Shown: positions 1 to 11,376, numbered from the whole stretch's first letter. The stretch: 62,751 nt of DNA, filler included, from Globobulimina sp. (GCA_003354225.1; 18 parts of 18 records of this genome joined end to end with filler, not necessarily neighbours in it), one strand, 5' to 3'. The notes: a model not told the origin generated them from the letters alone. Made by a program: numbers and translations.

Positions 1-695
1 CTTATCTCTGTAAGTCCTGGTATTGGGGACAGCACTGGCAGGTCAACAATGGTAAAAATATGTGGAAATGGATTTTTTGGTGGTGGATCTTCTGTTCATG
101 CTACAAGAGCACTGTGCTTAATGAATGGTGAAATATCTGATGCCCACATTTTAAGTGACTCAGAGATAGAATGTGAGGTGAGCTGCAGGAGTAGCAGTAG
201 TCATAATAGTACCGCTGTCCTCCATGGTGCAGGATTTATGGGAATCATACAGGTTTCACTCAATGGTGGTGCGGATTTCACAACAGATAATCTGAGTCCA
301 ATATTTATCTGTCCTGTATTACCAACTATAAAAGGTATCAAGCCTTTATTTGGTACTGAAAAAGGGGATACACCTCTACTAATATCTGTGAAGGATCTTG
401 GAGATTGGATTGCTGCATCATCCAATAGAAATAACATGATGAGTGGTCCAGTGCTAGCATGTTCCTTCTCTTCTCCCGGGGATAGTGTTAGTATCACCAC
501 CACATTTCTTACAGCTGCAGTTCATCTATCTGAGGGGATTGCACGTTGTCACTCTCCCCCGGGGGTCCCTGGAACGTCAGTTGAGGTTCAACTCGTCCTG
601 ACAAGTGATGGGGAATTTAAGGGAGAAATCATTGCAACAGCACTTGGAATGGCAGAATTTTCATTCGTCCCATCAGTGGTGCTGTCATCCGTTGT
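1..695 (+). CDS. IPT/TIG-repeat protein fragment (5' partial, cut at a junction near 690)
   Basis: Two IPT-like units: SVSPGIG..VKICGNGF..CLMN..ILSDSEIEC..QVSLNGGADFT and IKGIKPLFGTEKGDT..CSF..RCHSPP. GC is higher than in the rest of the contig. Confidence 0.6.
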
Positions 696-2000
696 ATCAC
701 AATCACCACCCAATGTCACTACATTTATTGCACATTGTTGTGGATTTTTATACCATCTCAACAAACAATACAATACAAACGGCACCGCCTCAATCGCTTT
801 GATCTGAAATGTAAGCAACCCCGTTTCCTCTAAAAAAGCAATATCATAATCCAATATACCATCACACGAATCTCTTTCCATTCCATCCGAATCATTATAT
901 TCATTTAAAAAGGCATCATACCCTTTTACTACACTTTGTAGCCCGTCCTTCATTTCTTGTGTCTCAATATTTTCCATTAAAATACCCGTCAACGTACCAT
1001 AATCAAATAAGTTATCTGTTAAATCACATTTCAATGCATATTGTATCATCAATGCAATACACAGAGCGCCATCAATAGATTGTTTATGACAATGTGATGA
1101 TAAAACAGCATCAATAACTGCAGCTTTTAAAACCTTATGAGACGCGTTTCTAAAACTTAAGCCAACCGGAGATATGCGCATAGCGCCGCCATTGGCATAG
1201 CTTCCATCGGCAAAGGACTGTCGCCCAGTGATTTTAATCGACATTCCACTGATAACATCAGTCAATACTTTCTGCGCAGAGCCCGGAAACCCTCTGTAAA
1301 TTGGGTTTGTTTTCCAAAATTTATAGTAGTTTTCAGCGGCATGTTGTGCGCATAATTTTTGCTTTTGCACAATAGACAATGCCAACGCCATTGTTGTCAT
1401 TGTGTCATCAGTATAATATCCACAACGTGGCCCCTTTGCTCTGGCGCCCATATGAGTGCCGGGTATCATATTTATAACACCTTTCTCGTTATATTGCTCA
1501 ATGATACTATGATACGGCCAACCTTCGACCGGCGCGCCCAAAGCATCCACAATAAATATACCTAATATACAACCTAAACAACGGTCGTTTATGCTTCCTT
1601 TGTGAATGCCGTATTTGTCTAACAGTAAATTGTTAATGTTGCCATTTTGCAGTGATAACCATTTGGGATTGTTATCATTGTTCTTTTCTTCATTTTCATT
1701 ATCATTGTTATCATTTATTCCATATTTATCACGGTATATAGTACCAATTTCTTCTAACCATTGATTGTAGATTTCATTATTAAATTGTAGTGATGGGTAT
1801 TGTTTTTTTATTGTCTCGACATACATTCTGGATCGATGTGGTGATGGTATTTTCATGACTTCTAACCACTGGTACATCTGACATTTGGCAGTATTAATTG
1901 CCTCTTGTTTTGACGAATATTTGTCTGCAGATTTGGGTATAACTACTTTGAATGTAGCATCGTTTGGTTTATTTTGTTGTGTTGCTGGATCTTGAGCCAT
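588..2000 (-). CDS. ADP-ribosylglycohydrolase (ARH/DraG family) with N-terminal extension; true C-terminus lost at junction near 690
   Basis: GCILGIFIVDALGAPVE, YTDDT, SYANGGAMRISPVG, SHCH and GGDCDTT motifs. The likely ATG (MAQDP) is at 2000. Confidence 0.9.
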   Translation of the reverse strand: MAQDPATQQNKPNDATFKVVIPKSADKYSSKQEAINTAKCQMYQWLEVMKIPSPHRSRMYVETIKKQYPSLQFNNEIYNQWLEEIGTIYRDKYGINDNNDNENEEKNNDNNPKWLSLQNGNINNLLLDKYGIHKGSINDRCLGCILGIFIVDALGAPVEGWPYHSIIEQYNEKGVINMIPGTHMGARAKGPRCGYYTDDTMTTMALALSIVQKQKLCAQHAAENYYKFWKTNPIYRGFPGSAQKVLTDVISGMSIKITGRQSFADGSYANGGAMRISPVGLSFRNASHKVLKAAVIDAVLSSHCHKQSIDGALCIALMIQYALKCDLTDNLFDYGTLTGILMENIETQEMKDGLQSVVKGYDAFLNEYNDSDGMERDSCDGILDYDIAFLEETGLLTFQIKAIEAVPFVLYCLLRWYKNPQQCAINVVTLGGDCDTTDDSTTDGTNENSAIPSAVAMISPLNSPSLVRTS

Positions 2001-2060
2001 GGTACAAATGTACAATCCAACAAACAAATATTAATTTTCTACTCACTTGCCTTAATTAAC

Positions 2061-3193
2061 ATGGCACAAACCAGTTTATCAGCTCTTAAACAACGTGCTG
2101 ATTTACTTGATTCATTGGCAAAAGCATTACAATCACAAATCCAACAACTCCGATCGCATCAAATTCAAACAAATTCATTGGAAATTGCACAAGAAAATGA
2201 CCATGAAAAAACAAACAAGAAAGGTAAAAGAGCTCCTCGTGCCATTGACCAATTAGGTGAAAGGATGAAGGGATATGAAGAACAAGCATATATTTCAAGA
2301 CTGTTGAACAATAAACAACCTTTAATTGTGCGTCTAGGTATGATATCATCTGTTTTTACCATATTCAATAACACCTAATTATAACAACAAAAGACGGACA
2401 TTGTTTCCATACATTCACCAAAGGCTTTGACAGACCGTTTGATAAAAATCTCCATGGGGCAATGGTACTAACTACGGGTGATTTAGTGGATAGATTTCAA
2501 GCTCGTTCTGGTTATACGCAGAGTGATGAGATTACATTGGTTTTTGAGGCAGCAGATTGTGACGAAAAAAATGTAGAAACTGAGAGCAAAAAGAAACAAA
2601 ACAAGAAAGAGAAAGTGCACTTATTTGGTGGTCGCTGTGTGAAAATAAGCAGTGTATTATCTGGGTATTGTTCAGCTCGATTTAATTATCATTTGACTCA
2701 AATGTGTAATAACGGTGCATTTGATGATGGCAACATTTACGAAAAACATGTTCAAAATCGAGTGGTAAATGGAGAGGCACATTTTGATGGGCGATGCTTT
2801 AATGTACCAAATAACATTGAGGTGCTAAATAATATTATATGGCGCTGTCATTTTGATTGTACAAGAAATAGTATTTCAGCACTTGGAAGGAAATATTTTT
2901 CACAGAAAGAAATGCATCAAAAAGGAAAAAAAGATATATTGGAAATGTTGTTGACACAGAAAAATATTGATTGGAATAAGGAACCGATGGCATTTAGATT
3001 TGGTACTTTTGTTAAAAGGGAATTATATGATTACGAATATGTTCTAAGAGGGAAAATTGAGGGAAAAGGAATAACCAAAAGAACAAAAGTTACAGCAATG
3101 TCAATTGAGTTGGAAAAGTTTGATGAAAAATATATTGATATGTTGATGAGCAAATATTGGACAAAGGAGTGGTTAGCTTTAACAAAACATTAA
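2061..3193 (+). CDS. THG1: tRNA-His guanylyltransferase / Thg1-like protein (3'-5' polymerase); intron 2338-2393
   Basis: Splicing the 56-nt GT-AG intron restores GERMKGYE..IVRL-DGHCFHTFTKGFDRPFD. YTQSDEITL, FDGRCFNVP and WRCHFDCTRNSIS follow. Confidence 0.92.
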
Positions 3194-3396
3194 TGTTGCA
3201 TTAATTAAAACGGTGTCCCTCATTCTCATCATCATGATAGTATATTTTTAATGTATAAATAATTTGTCTCTTTTTAATGTATCTTTTTTATGTATTTCTC
3301 AGTGTTTTGAAGTGTCAAGTGTTGCAGTTTGAAAAAAAATAACAGTAAACAAAAACTTTTTGTTGCATCTTACTAAACGATGCTATTAAAAAGATA

Positions 3397-3496
3397 NNNN
3401 NNNNNNNNNNNNNNNNNNNNNNNNNNNNNNNNNNNNNNNNTTAATTAATTAANNNNNNNNNNNNNNNNNNNNNNNNNNNNNNNNNNNNNNNNNNNN
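3397..3496. other. Artificial contig linker (first of 17). Others: 6893-6992, 10389-10488, 13884-13983, 17379-17478, 20873-20972, 24367-24466, 27861-27960, 31351-31450, 34841-34940, 38331-38430, 41821-41920, 45310-45409, 48799-48898, 52288-52387, 55776-55875, 59264-59363
   Basis: Identical N44-TTAATTAATTAA-N44 spacer (stops in all six frames). Contig lengths fall monotonically from 3396 to 3388 nt. Confidence 0.99.
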
Positions 3497-4134
3497 AACC
3501 TTTGCGTTCTTCAAATAACACACGTTATGGATCAGTAAGTACTGTGCTAAGTACATTATCAATGAGTTTTACTGTTATTATGTTGTATGCAATAAACACA
3601 GATCATGTTTATAAATATAATGAACGCACTGCCACGGCACAGCGAGTGTTATTGGCTGATATTGAGATTACATCAACCAATCAATTACGAGTATTAATGA
3701 CAATGGGTATGATTTTAGGATGGAGTGCGTGTTTAATTTATGTATCGTCGAGAATACCTCAGTTGCGGTTAATGTTAAACACAAAAGTTGTCTCAGGAAT
3801 AAATCCGTTTTTTTTTACCCTGACGTTTGTTGGTAATTTAGCTCAATGTTTGTCAATGTTGATTAATAAACAAATATATCAATTTCCAAATGATTTATTT
3901 TCTAAATTGCCCTGGTTACTGACATCTGGTATTTGTATGATAGAGGATGGATTCATTTTATTTTTAATTTATTTTTATAGATCAAATCGTTATAAGACTT
4001 TAAGTCAAGTTAGTAGCTATTCCAAAGATAACGACAATATGGTGATATCACCACATTTTTTAGTTACAAATGAATATGATGTTCCTATAAAAACCAAAAG
4101 TTGTGATACGATCTATCAATATCAATATGCGTGA
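3497..4134 (+). CDS. PQ-loop repeat membrane transporter (PQLC2/YPQ-like), 5' partial
   Basis: LGWSACLIYVSSRIPQL..VSGINPFFFTLTFVGN..LPWL, a typical second PQ loop. Confidence 0.85.
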
Positions 4135-4509
4135 AGATTTAATAAATAATAGTACGTTGTAATATTAATAACATTTTGTGACATATATATACTTTGTTTT
4201 TAATTAATATTTTTTTTTTAATAATTCGGTAACGATTTTTCCGAACCAATCTGTTTTTTTCAAAAACATATAAGTCATATACTGCATTAATTTGCATTTA
4301 CAATTTGTCAGTTTACAAAACGTTGTCGTTGAGTAATTTAAATTTTACTTACGCTTTTTAGTGACCACACCCTCCATACATTTATTCATTCAACGAGTTC
4401 CGAGAAATTTTTAAATAGAAATGACATTATTGGAAAAGTATAAGTTGACGTCATTTTAAAAACACATAAATTATTAAAAACACATAACAGCAATCAAAAT
4501 AAAAAAAAG

Positions 4510-6453
4510 ATGGGGTGCTGTCGGCGAATAGGATGTGGCTGCGGCACAGATCATGAGTCAGAAGGATATTTAGAATCAATTGAAAGAAATCGTTCTTGTA
4601 CAGACGTACCTTGCATTGTATTATTCATTGGATTTATTCTCTTCTTAGTATCATATGTATGGAGTCAAGCATTTATCAAAGGTGACCCAGACCGTTTAAT
4701 ACGTGGTGTAAATTATGCCGGAATGATATGTGGCAAAACCGAAGGAGTGGAACATTTACCCTATGCATTCTGGCCCGATCCAACACAATTTAGATTTAAA
4801 GTATGTACAAACAATTGTAATCAAGCAACATTTCATAATTTTACAGGTAATCATATTTATGTAAAAGGTGTAAATGCACCGTATCCATCGGAATTATATA
4901 TTAACAAATATTGCATCCCGAGCACAGCAAATATGTCGATTGCTGGTTTCAATTCGTATACAAACGAAATCCAACGCAGTATGGGCGATGTCAAAACAGC
5001 TATGCCCATTATTGGCGCTTCCATTGCTATTGCCTTTGTTATCTCATTTTGCTATGTTTGGTTAATGAAATGTTGTGTTGGTGTATTAGTATGGACGACA
5101 GTGACAATTATTGTATTTGCTGCTTATCTCTTTGCATATTTACTATTCCATTCAAAGGACGACAGCCAGCTAAGCAACAATGAAGCAAACATACGCGAAT
5201 ATGGAGCATATATTATTTTCGCATTAGGCACAATATTTTTATGCCTCATAATATTTGCACGTAATCGTATCCGTATTGCAATACAAGTCATTAAATCAGC
5301 GGGGCGATCCATTGGGGACATGCCAATGATGGTATTTTTCCCGCTGATTCCAATCGTGCTAACAGTCTTATTTTTTTTCCTATGGATATATTCGTCAATA
5401 TATATATTTAGTGCTGGGGACAAAAAAAATAATTCCACGCCATCAGAATTTATATCTACGACATTCATTTCTGAATCAAATTTGTATACTACAGATACAA
5501 GCTATCAAGTGATTGATTATGACACTACCATACAACACCACTTTGCGCCACATTTCTTTTTATTATTATGGGTGGTACAGATCGCCGTTTATTTCACATT
5601 TACTGTGATTGCCGGCAGTGTGGCAAATTGGTATTTTACCAAAAGAGATGATGATGGCATCAAATATCGGGGTGGCGACGATGATGAGTTATCAAACCAT
5701 GCTGTGGCTAAGTCTTGTTGTCGAACAGTGAGATATCATTCTGGCACAATAATATTTGCAGCATTGATAATTGCAATCATACAATTTATTCGATACTGTA
5801 TTAGATACATTGAAAGGACATTAAATGCGTCTAAGAAACCGAATAAATTACAAAAAATATTGTTCAAAATGGTAGATTGTTTACTATGGTGTTTAGAATG
5901 TTGCTTAGATAAAATATCACGCAATGCATTGATATGGGTATCCATATATGGCGACGCATTTTGTCCGGCTGTATGTGGTTCATTTAAGTTGATATGGTCA
6001 AACTTAATGCGAGTTGCTGTAATTACCTTCTTTTCAACAATTGTTACAATGTTGGGTAAAATTATGATACCGTTAATTACAACGAGTATATGTGCAGCAA
6101 TCTTATTATTTATGTCACCGTATAAAGATACAGTATCTTCGCCAATATTACCATGTATTATTATATTTATTATTTCAGTCGCTGTGTCTGTCATGTTTTT
6201 AACTGTATATGATACGGCTATTGATACGGTATTTATGTGCTTCTTAATTGATGAAAGGCAAAATAAAAACAGTGGAAAAGAAATGTTGGCGGATCAAGCA
6301 TTGAAAGATATTGTCCAGAAATATGAAAAAGAGTCAAAAAAATTAGCAAAATCTGTTCAAAGAAACAAAACCAATCAAGATGGAGATTCAAATAACAACA
6401 CCACCACCACCTCCACCACGCGTTCGAACAATGATACCGTTGAGGAAATTTAA
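4510..6453 (+). CDS. Choline transporter-like protein (CTL/SLC44 family)
   Basis: RSCTDVPC, GDPDRLIRGVNYAGMICG, RYHSGTIIFAALIIAI, CLLWCLECC, AIDTVFMCFLID; about 10 TM segments. Confidence 0.93.
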   Translation: MGCCRRIGCGCGTDHESEGYLESIERNRSCTDVPCIVLFIGFILFLVSYVWSQAFIKGDPDRLIRGVNYAGMICGKTEGVEHLPYAFWPDPTQFRFKVCTNNCNQATFHNFTGNHIYVKGVNAPYPSELYINKYCIPSTANMSIAGFNSYTNEIQRSMGDVKTAMPIIGASIAIAFVISFCYVWLMKCCVGVLVWTTVTIIVFAAYLFAYLLFHSKDDSQLSNNEANIREYGAYIIFALGTIFLCLIIFARNRIRIAIQVIKSAGRSIGDMPMMVFFPLIPIVLTVLFFFLWIYSSIYIFSAGDKKNNSTPSEFISTTFISESNLYTTDTSYQVIDYDTTIQHHFAPHFFLLLWVVQIAVYFTFTVIAGSVANWYFTKRDDDGIKYRGGDDDELSNHAVAKSCCRTVRYHSGTIIFAALIIAIIQFIRYCIRYIERTLNASKKPNKLQKILFKMVDCLLWCLECCLDKISRNALIWVSIYGDAFCPAVCGSFKLIWSNLMRVAVITFFSTIVTMLGKIMIPLITTSICAAILLFMSPYKDTVSSPILPCIIIFIISVAVSVMFLTVYDTAIDTVFMCFLIDERQNKNSGKEMLADQALKDIVQKYEKESKKLAKSVQRNKTNQDGDSNNNTTTTSTTRSNNDTVEEI

Positions 6454-7005
6454 ATTACGATTTGTTCCTCTATTTAATTTATACAATTCGACTGAATTCG
6501 TTAAAAATCACACTTTAATTAATTTCGGAATTTTGTATTGGGTGATTTTCTATAATTTCGATGTGAACTCATGTGTTGTTGCTAGAGGTTGAAACTCATC
6601 TTATACCTTTCAGAGTAATAATTAAGTATATATCGTCAGTTCATTATTTTGAGACATTTGCGTATTATAATTAAAACAGTTGTTTTTCATAAGGATCAAA
6701 GTTGTTTGGATGGGTCCGATGGGATACGTAAAATGAAGGTTTACTCAAATTTTAGAAACACAACACATAATTTCTATTATAGTTAGTTATGGTTTATATA
6801 CTCGTTCAAAATACTCGTAATCTGCGCGACCCATTGTGTAATTGGATGGGGAATCGAATGAGGTGTCTTACGACACACTCTGACACTCACACNNNNNNNN
6901 NNNNNNNNNNNNNNNNNNNNNNNNNNNNNNNNNNNNTTAATTAATTAANNNNNNNNNNNNNNNNNNNNNNNNNNNNNNNNNNNNNNNNNNNNCATAACAT
7001 TTCGA

Positions 7006-8782
7006 ATGAAAATACAGTCTGTTGTAGATTCTATTTGGTTGCAAACATTTATTGTTTTGTTGGTTGTGTTTGATTTAATAATTGGTTTTACAAAAATTAT
7101 TCCCAATCAAGAAACAAAATCAATATTAACATTAATAATAATAATTATATATTGCGTAGAGATAATATTTCGTATTTATGCATATGGCGTCAAGACATAT
7201 TTTACATCGATTTTAGATATTATTGATTTTATTGCAGTGGCCGGTAGCTTAATTTTATATATCTTTTCAATCTATGTTGTATATGCCTTATTGGTGAAAA
7301 TATTACGATGGATTCGTGTAATACGCACTACGTATCGGGCCATATTCAGCCGAACAAAGAAAATACAAAAAGCAATCCGACAGTTGCAACGTTCAAATTT
7401 GAAAGGTATTTCTGTATACGTTTAGAAGAGAAACATTGTATACACAAATATATAAAATAAAATAAAAAGGTTATAGAGATGAGAAATACGATTTAGATGT
7501 TGCATATATTACGGATAATATACTGATAATGTCTCGGCCTGCTTCGAAAGTCATAAATCAATGGAATCACGATGCACTATCTGACATTAAACAATTTTTA
7601 GATGAAAAACACCCAAATTCATATATTATTTATGATTTATGTGTTTATGACGATGAGCAAATCGAAAAAAAAGCAGAGAAAAATGATATAAAAGCTATGG
7701 CCTCATCAAACATATCATTATTCCCATTGAACATTGATGTGTCTGACGGTCAACAATATGAATATAATGAATTTGGCCCACGACATATAAATAACGATTT
7801 TGCGTTTCGAGGTTCGACTGTAATTTCGTTACATAAACTATTTAATTTTACGGAACAATCAACAACATTCCATGCTGGAAACAAAGCAAATGTAATCATC
7901 ATCCAATCGACGTATGGATTGGGCAGATGTATGTTTATGACGGCTTGCCTCTTATTTTATTATTATCCAACCGCCTCCTTAGCCGATATTATGAAATTTA
8001 TTCATAATGAACGTTTAAAGACTGATACCATTGCGGAGAGTGTCGCTAAATTCCTACCCTCACAAATAAGGTATATACGATACTTTGCTACGTTGATTAG
8101 TCATTGTTACCGATTATCATTAGATGAGGAGGAGGAGGAAAGTATTAGCGATGATTTTGATAATGATGGGATTGACCGTGCATTATCTCAGCATATGGAG
8201 ACCATACATCACAGCCATCAGCAAACAATGCGGCGCTCATTAATAATTTATGAGACTGTGGTGAATGATAAGGATAATACTGACAGACAACAATTAAATT
8301 ACCATCAACAAGCAATGGAAATGTTGAATTCTAAAATTGGTGTGGTTATAAAGCAAATTTCAATCCATAACTATTTTGATGAAATTGATCCTTATGTTAA
8401 TTGGGAATGCGATATATTTAAATGGAAAAACGATGAGAAATGTGTTGAATATGACACATTTAAATATGGCGTGGATAGTAAGCCGGGCAAAAATAGTGCG
8501 TTAATAAAACGGTTTGAACATAAAAAGCCGATGGTATTGCAAAATGATTTTGGTGTTAGACTTTACAAATCGTGGGGCCATGATCGAAAGCAAGGAGGCG
8601 ATAAAAGAAAATTAATGGCCCAAATTATGTTACATTCTATGTTTATTACAATTGATAAAGATAAAACTGTTACATTTCAAAAGAGTGAAATCGATTTTGT
8701 CAACAAAGATACGAATAATAAGCATTTCCCAAATGATTTTCATATTGTTCTAAGAGCAAAAATATTGAGAAAAAAAGTTTAA
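7006..8782 (+). CDS. Voltage-sensor domain + PTEN-like phosphatase + C2 (VSP/TPTE-like), catalytically degenerate; intron 7406-7469; possibly 5' partial
   Basis: S1-S4 helices with S4 KILRWIRVIRTTYR. The spliced linker KGYRDEKYDLDVAYITDNILIMS, LPSQIRYIRYF and the C2 end KSEIDFVNKD..HFPNDF all match PTEN/VSP. Confidence 0.88.
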
Positions 8783-8898
8783 AAATCCTCCCACCGGTTT
8801 TGTTGTGTCGGTTGTTTATGTTTGTAAAAAAATTTGGTTTGTTTTTGAATGCAGAATAAAACGAAATGATGTGTGTTGTGCAAGGATATACGATATAT

Positions 8899-9480
8899 TT
8901 ATCGAGCCAATATCATCCATGCGAGAGTCACATAAAATAAAAAAACAGGATATAATCCCAGTCCTTTTCGACCATTTGGTACAAATTGAGCCATAAATCC
9001 AACCGATGCTTTAACACTCCATATTGCACCAAATATAACAATGCATAATTTTATATTTTTATGCGAAGTTCAAATTAAAGAAACAACAAATGATACAATA
9101 TTTAATGGGAATAGACAATATCCCAAAACACAAACAGACTGAAAAAATGATATTTTACCACCTAACAATGCAGCATTCATTGTAACAATGGCAGCTCCAA
9201 CCCATACAATCACAAAAACCGCAGTGAATACCAAAGCAGAATCTTCATCATCGGACGCACCAAACGACATTGACATTGCTAACATTAAACAAAATATTAA
9301 TGGGCCCCATAAATCCCAATTGCGTAATTCTGATTGTGTTGAACTATTTGGTATTAATACATGTCTCAATCTCACTCCAATTCTCCGTAAGTCGCGTAAT
9401 ATTGTTACTGAAACTGCTTCGTCCAATGTTCCTTGATCATTCATCTCAGTGTTGTCAATCATTGTATTGTCATCAATCAT
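8899..9480 (-). CDS. Yip1-domain Golgi protein (YIPF6-like) with in-frame TGA at 9070-9072
   Basis: TLDEAVSVTILRDL, LRNWDLWGPL, ISFFQSVCVLGYC. The same frame continues past the TGA to the family C-terminus WSVKAS..RKGLGLYPVFLFY..WMI and a TAA at 8899. Confidence 0.85.
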
Positions 9481-9566
9481 TGATGATTATATTTTATCTG
9501 TTGCTGACTCAATCATTCTGACTTAGATTTTCTAGAGTAAAAATAACTGACACTGGTAAACTTATC

Positions 9567-10388
9567 ATGTCAATTACAATTATAATTTATTCAATATTCA
9601 TTCTTTACAATGGAGTGTATAGTTTTTCAGCATGTGATGAAGTCGATATAACATTTGTTATTGATACAAGTTCAATTACCGCGGATAGTGATGCTATTAT
9701 TAAATTTATAACCTCAATCATATGGTCTGGCTCGTCTGAACATACTGCTTTCAGTGCTGTTATCTATGGAAACACAATACCAATTGAACAAAATATAAAA
9801 ATATTTTCGTTATACGATACTCAGTCAACAATAATAAGACAGACCCAAGCACGACATGTCAAATCTATACTGGGAGCAGTATTCTACAACTATAAACATA
9901 GCGATTCTGATACAAAACAAGTTGATTTAGTCTCAGCCTTCAAAATTGCAACAGGTCAACCACTGCCACACCACAAAGAAAATAAAAAACACAGGTTAGG
10001 ATTTAATAAAAATGATCACAGCGTTGGTACGCACGATGGCAGACAAATTTATTTCATATTTGATCATAAAAATAACTTATTACACAATGCAAATGAAGTT
10101 GATATTTGTGAGTTATTTTATCATTTGGATCACAATGGCATTAAAAATGATGATGGCGCTATATATTTTATGCTGGGACATCTCACTCAAAATAATAAAC
10201 GACATATTATGAATATATTATGCAACGGACACAGATCACCGCACATTAAATACAATACATTCCATAGATTTTCGTCACAATTTGCCTATAACGACCAGGC
10301 AATGGAGACCATCTATCAATTAACGTGTCCCGCAGAGATAAAAACGTCAGCATTTGGGTCGCCAGGCATGATTACCGTAGGCAAACAT
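9567..10388 (+). CDS. Secreted vWA-like domain protein, 3' partial
   Basis: Signal peptide followed by CDEVDITFVIDTSS (vWA first strand, MIDAS-like). Confidence 0.6.
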
Positions 10389-10515
10389 NNNNNNNNNNNN
10401 NNNNNNNNNNNNNNNNNNNNNNNNNNNNNNNNTTAATTAATTAANNNNNNNNNNNNNNNNNNNNNNNNNNNNNNNNNNNNNNNNNNNNGGATAAGTCCAA
10501 AACGTTCTTGCAGCT

Positions 10516-11271
10516 ATGTACACATTTGTAATACTAACTGTTGTATTGTTTCTTTCATTAATTGTAAACGGAGAGGAATGTACAATATATGGACAAGTTT
10601 ATAGCAGCAGAACAGATATATGTGAAGAGTCACTGAGTGACAGTTGTTTAACAAATGAGATATATGATACAAAGACAAAGGAATGCATACAAACATATGA
10701 TTGGGGTGAAATACGAAGAGATATAAATACAAATATCCGTTATGTATTTTATGAGAGTGATGGTACGATTGATACCATAACTTTGTCAAATATTACTTAT
10801 TCCGATGCTACAAATGATACTCAATGTAATCATGGACAATATCAACAATTAAATAGTACATGCGTTTGTGAGGTGGGATGGAGAACATCTCCGATGCAGG
10901 ATTTATTTAATTATATTTGGTGCAATGAAAGTGTGTATGATGAACAATATTATGGGTCATCAGAACTTATACAAAATAAACTTATCGCATATCAATTATT
11001 CATTGCTTCGATTGTGATATCATTTGTTTCTACTTTTATCTTGAAAACAATTCTCAAAATTTTATCTTGTTTAAAATGTAATCATTCAAATAAACACAAG
11101 AATAGAAGCAAGGGAAAAAAAAAGAAAAAGAAAAGAAAAATGGCCAAATCCAACAAATATAAAATGGTATCAACAAATAATATCTCGCACAATGAAAGTA
11201 CTCAAAATAGTGAGCAACGTAAAAAATCAACAAAAAAAAAGAAAAAACAAGAGTCAAGAGATGAGCTATAA
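10516..11271 (+). CDS. Type I membrane protein with EGF-like Cys motif and Lys-rich tail
   Basis: Signal peptide, CNHGQY..CVCEVGW, one TM helix, basic C-terminal region. Confidence 0.65.
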   Translation: MYTFVILTVVLFLSLIVNGEECTIYGQVYSSRTDICEESLSDSCLTNEIYDTKTKECIQTYDWGEIRRDINTNIRYVFYESDGTIDTITLSNITYSDATNDTQCNHGQYQQLNSTCVCEVGWRTSPMQDLFNYIWCNESVYDEQYYGSSELIQNKLIAYQLFIASIVISFVSTFILKTILKILSCLKCNHSNKHKNRSKGKKKKKKRKMAKSNKYKMVSTNNISHNESTQNSEQRKKSTKKKKKQESRDEL

Positions 11272-11276
11272 AAAAA
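11270..11276 (-). terminator. Pol III oligo-T terminator of tRNA-Sec
   Basis: T7 run about 14 nt downstream of the tRNA 3' end on the minus strand. Confidence 0.6.
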
Positions 11277-11289
11277 CATGATTTGTTAC

Positions 11290-11376
11290 CGCGCAGAAGG
11301 TGGAATCGAACCACTCGGTCATTACACCGCTACAGATTTGAAGTCTGCACGTGACACCAGTCAAGATCATCCACGC
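11290..11376 (-). tRNA. tRNA-Sec (anticodon UCA), eukaryotic 9/4 fold
   Basis: The minus strand reads GCGTGGATG-AT-CTTGAC-TGGT-GTCACG-TGCAGA-CTTCAAA-TCTGTA-GCGGTGTAATGACCG-A-GTGG-TTCGATT-CCAC-CTTCTGCGC-G: 9-bp acceptor stem, 6-bp D stem, long variable arm, 4-bp T stem. It closely resembles animal tRNA-Sec. Confidence 0.96.

Noticed and set aside
588-807. Genuine overlapping antisense genes
   Set aside because: Each ORF simply reads into the antisense of the other past a junction near 690.
11254-11271. C-terminal RDEL ER-retrieval signal
   Set aside because: It follows the TM helix, so it would be cytosolic; probably coincidental.
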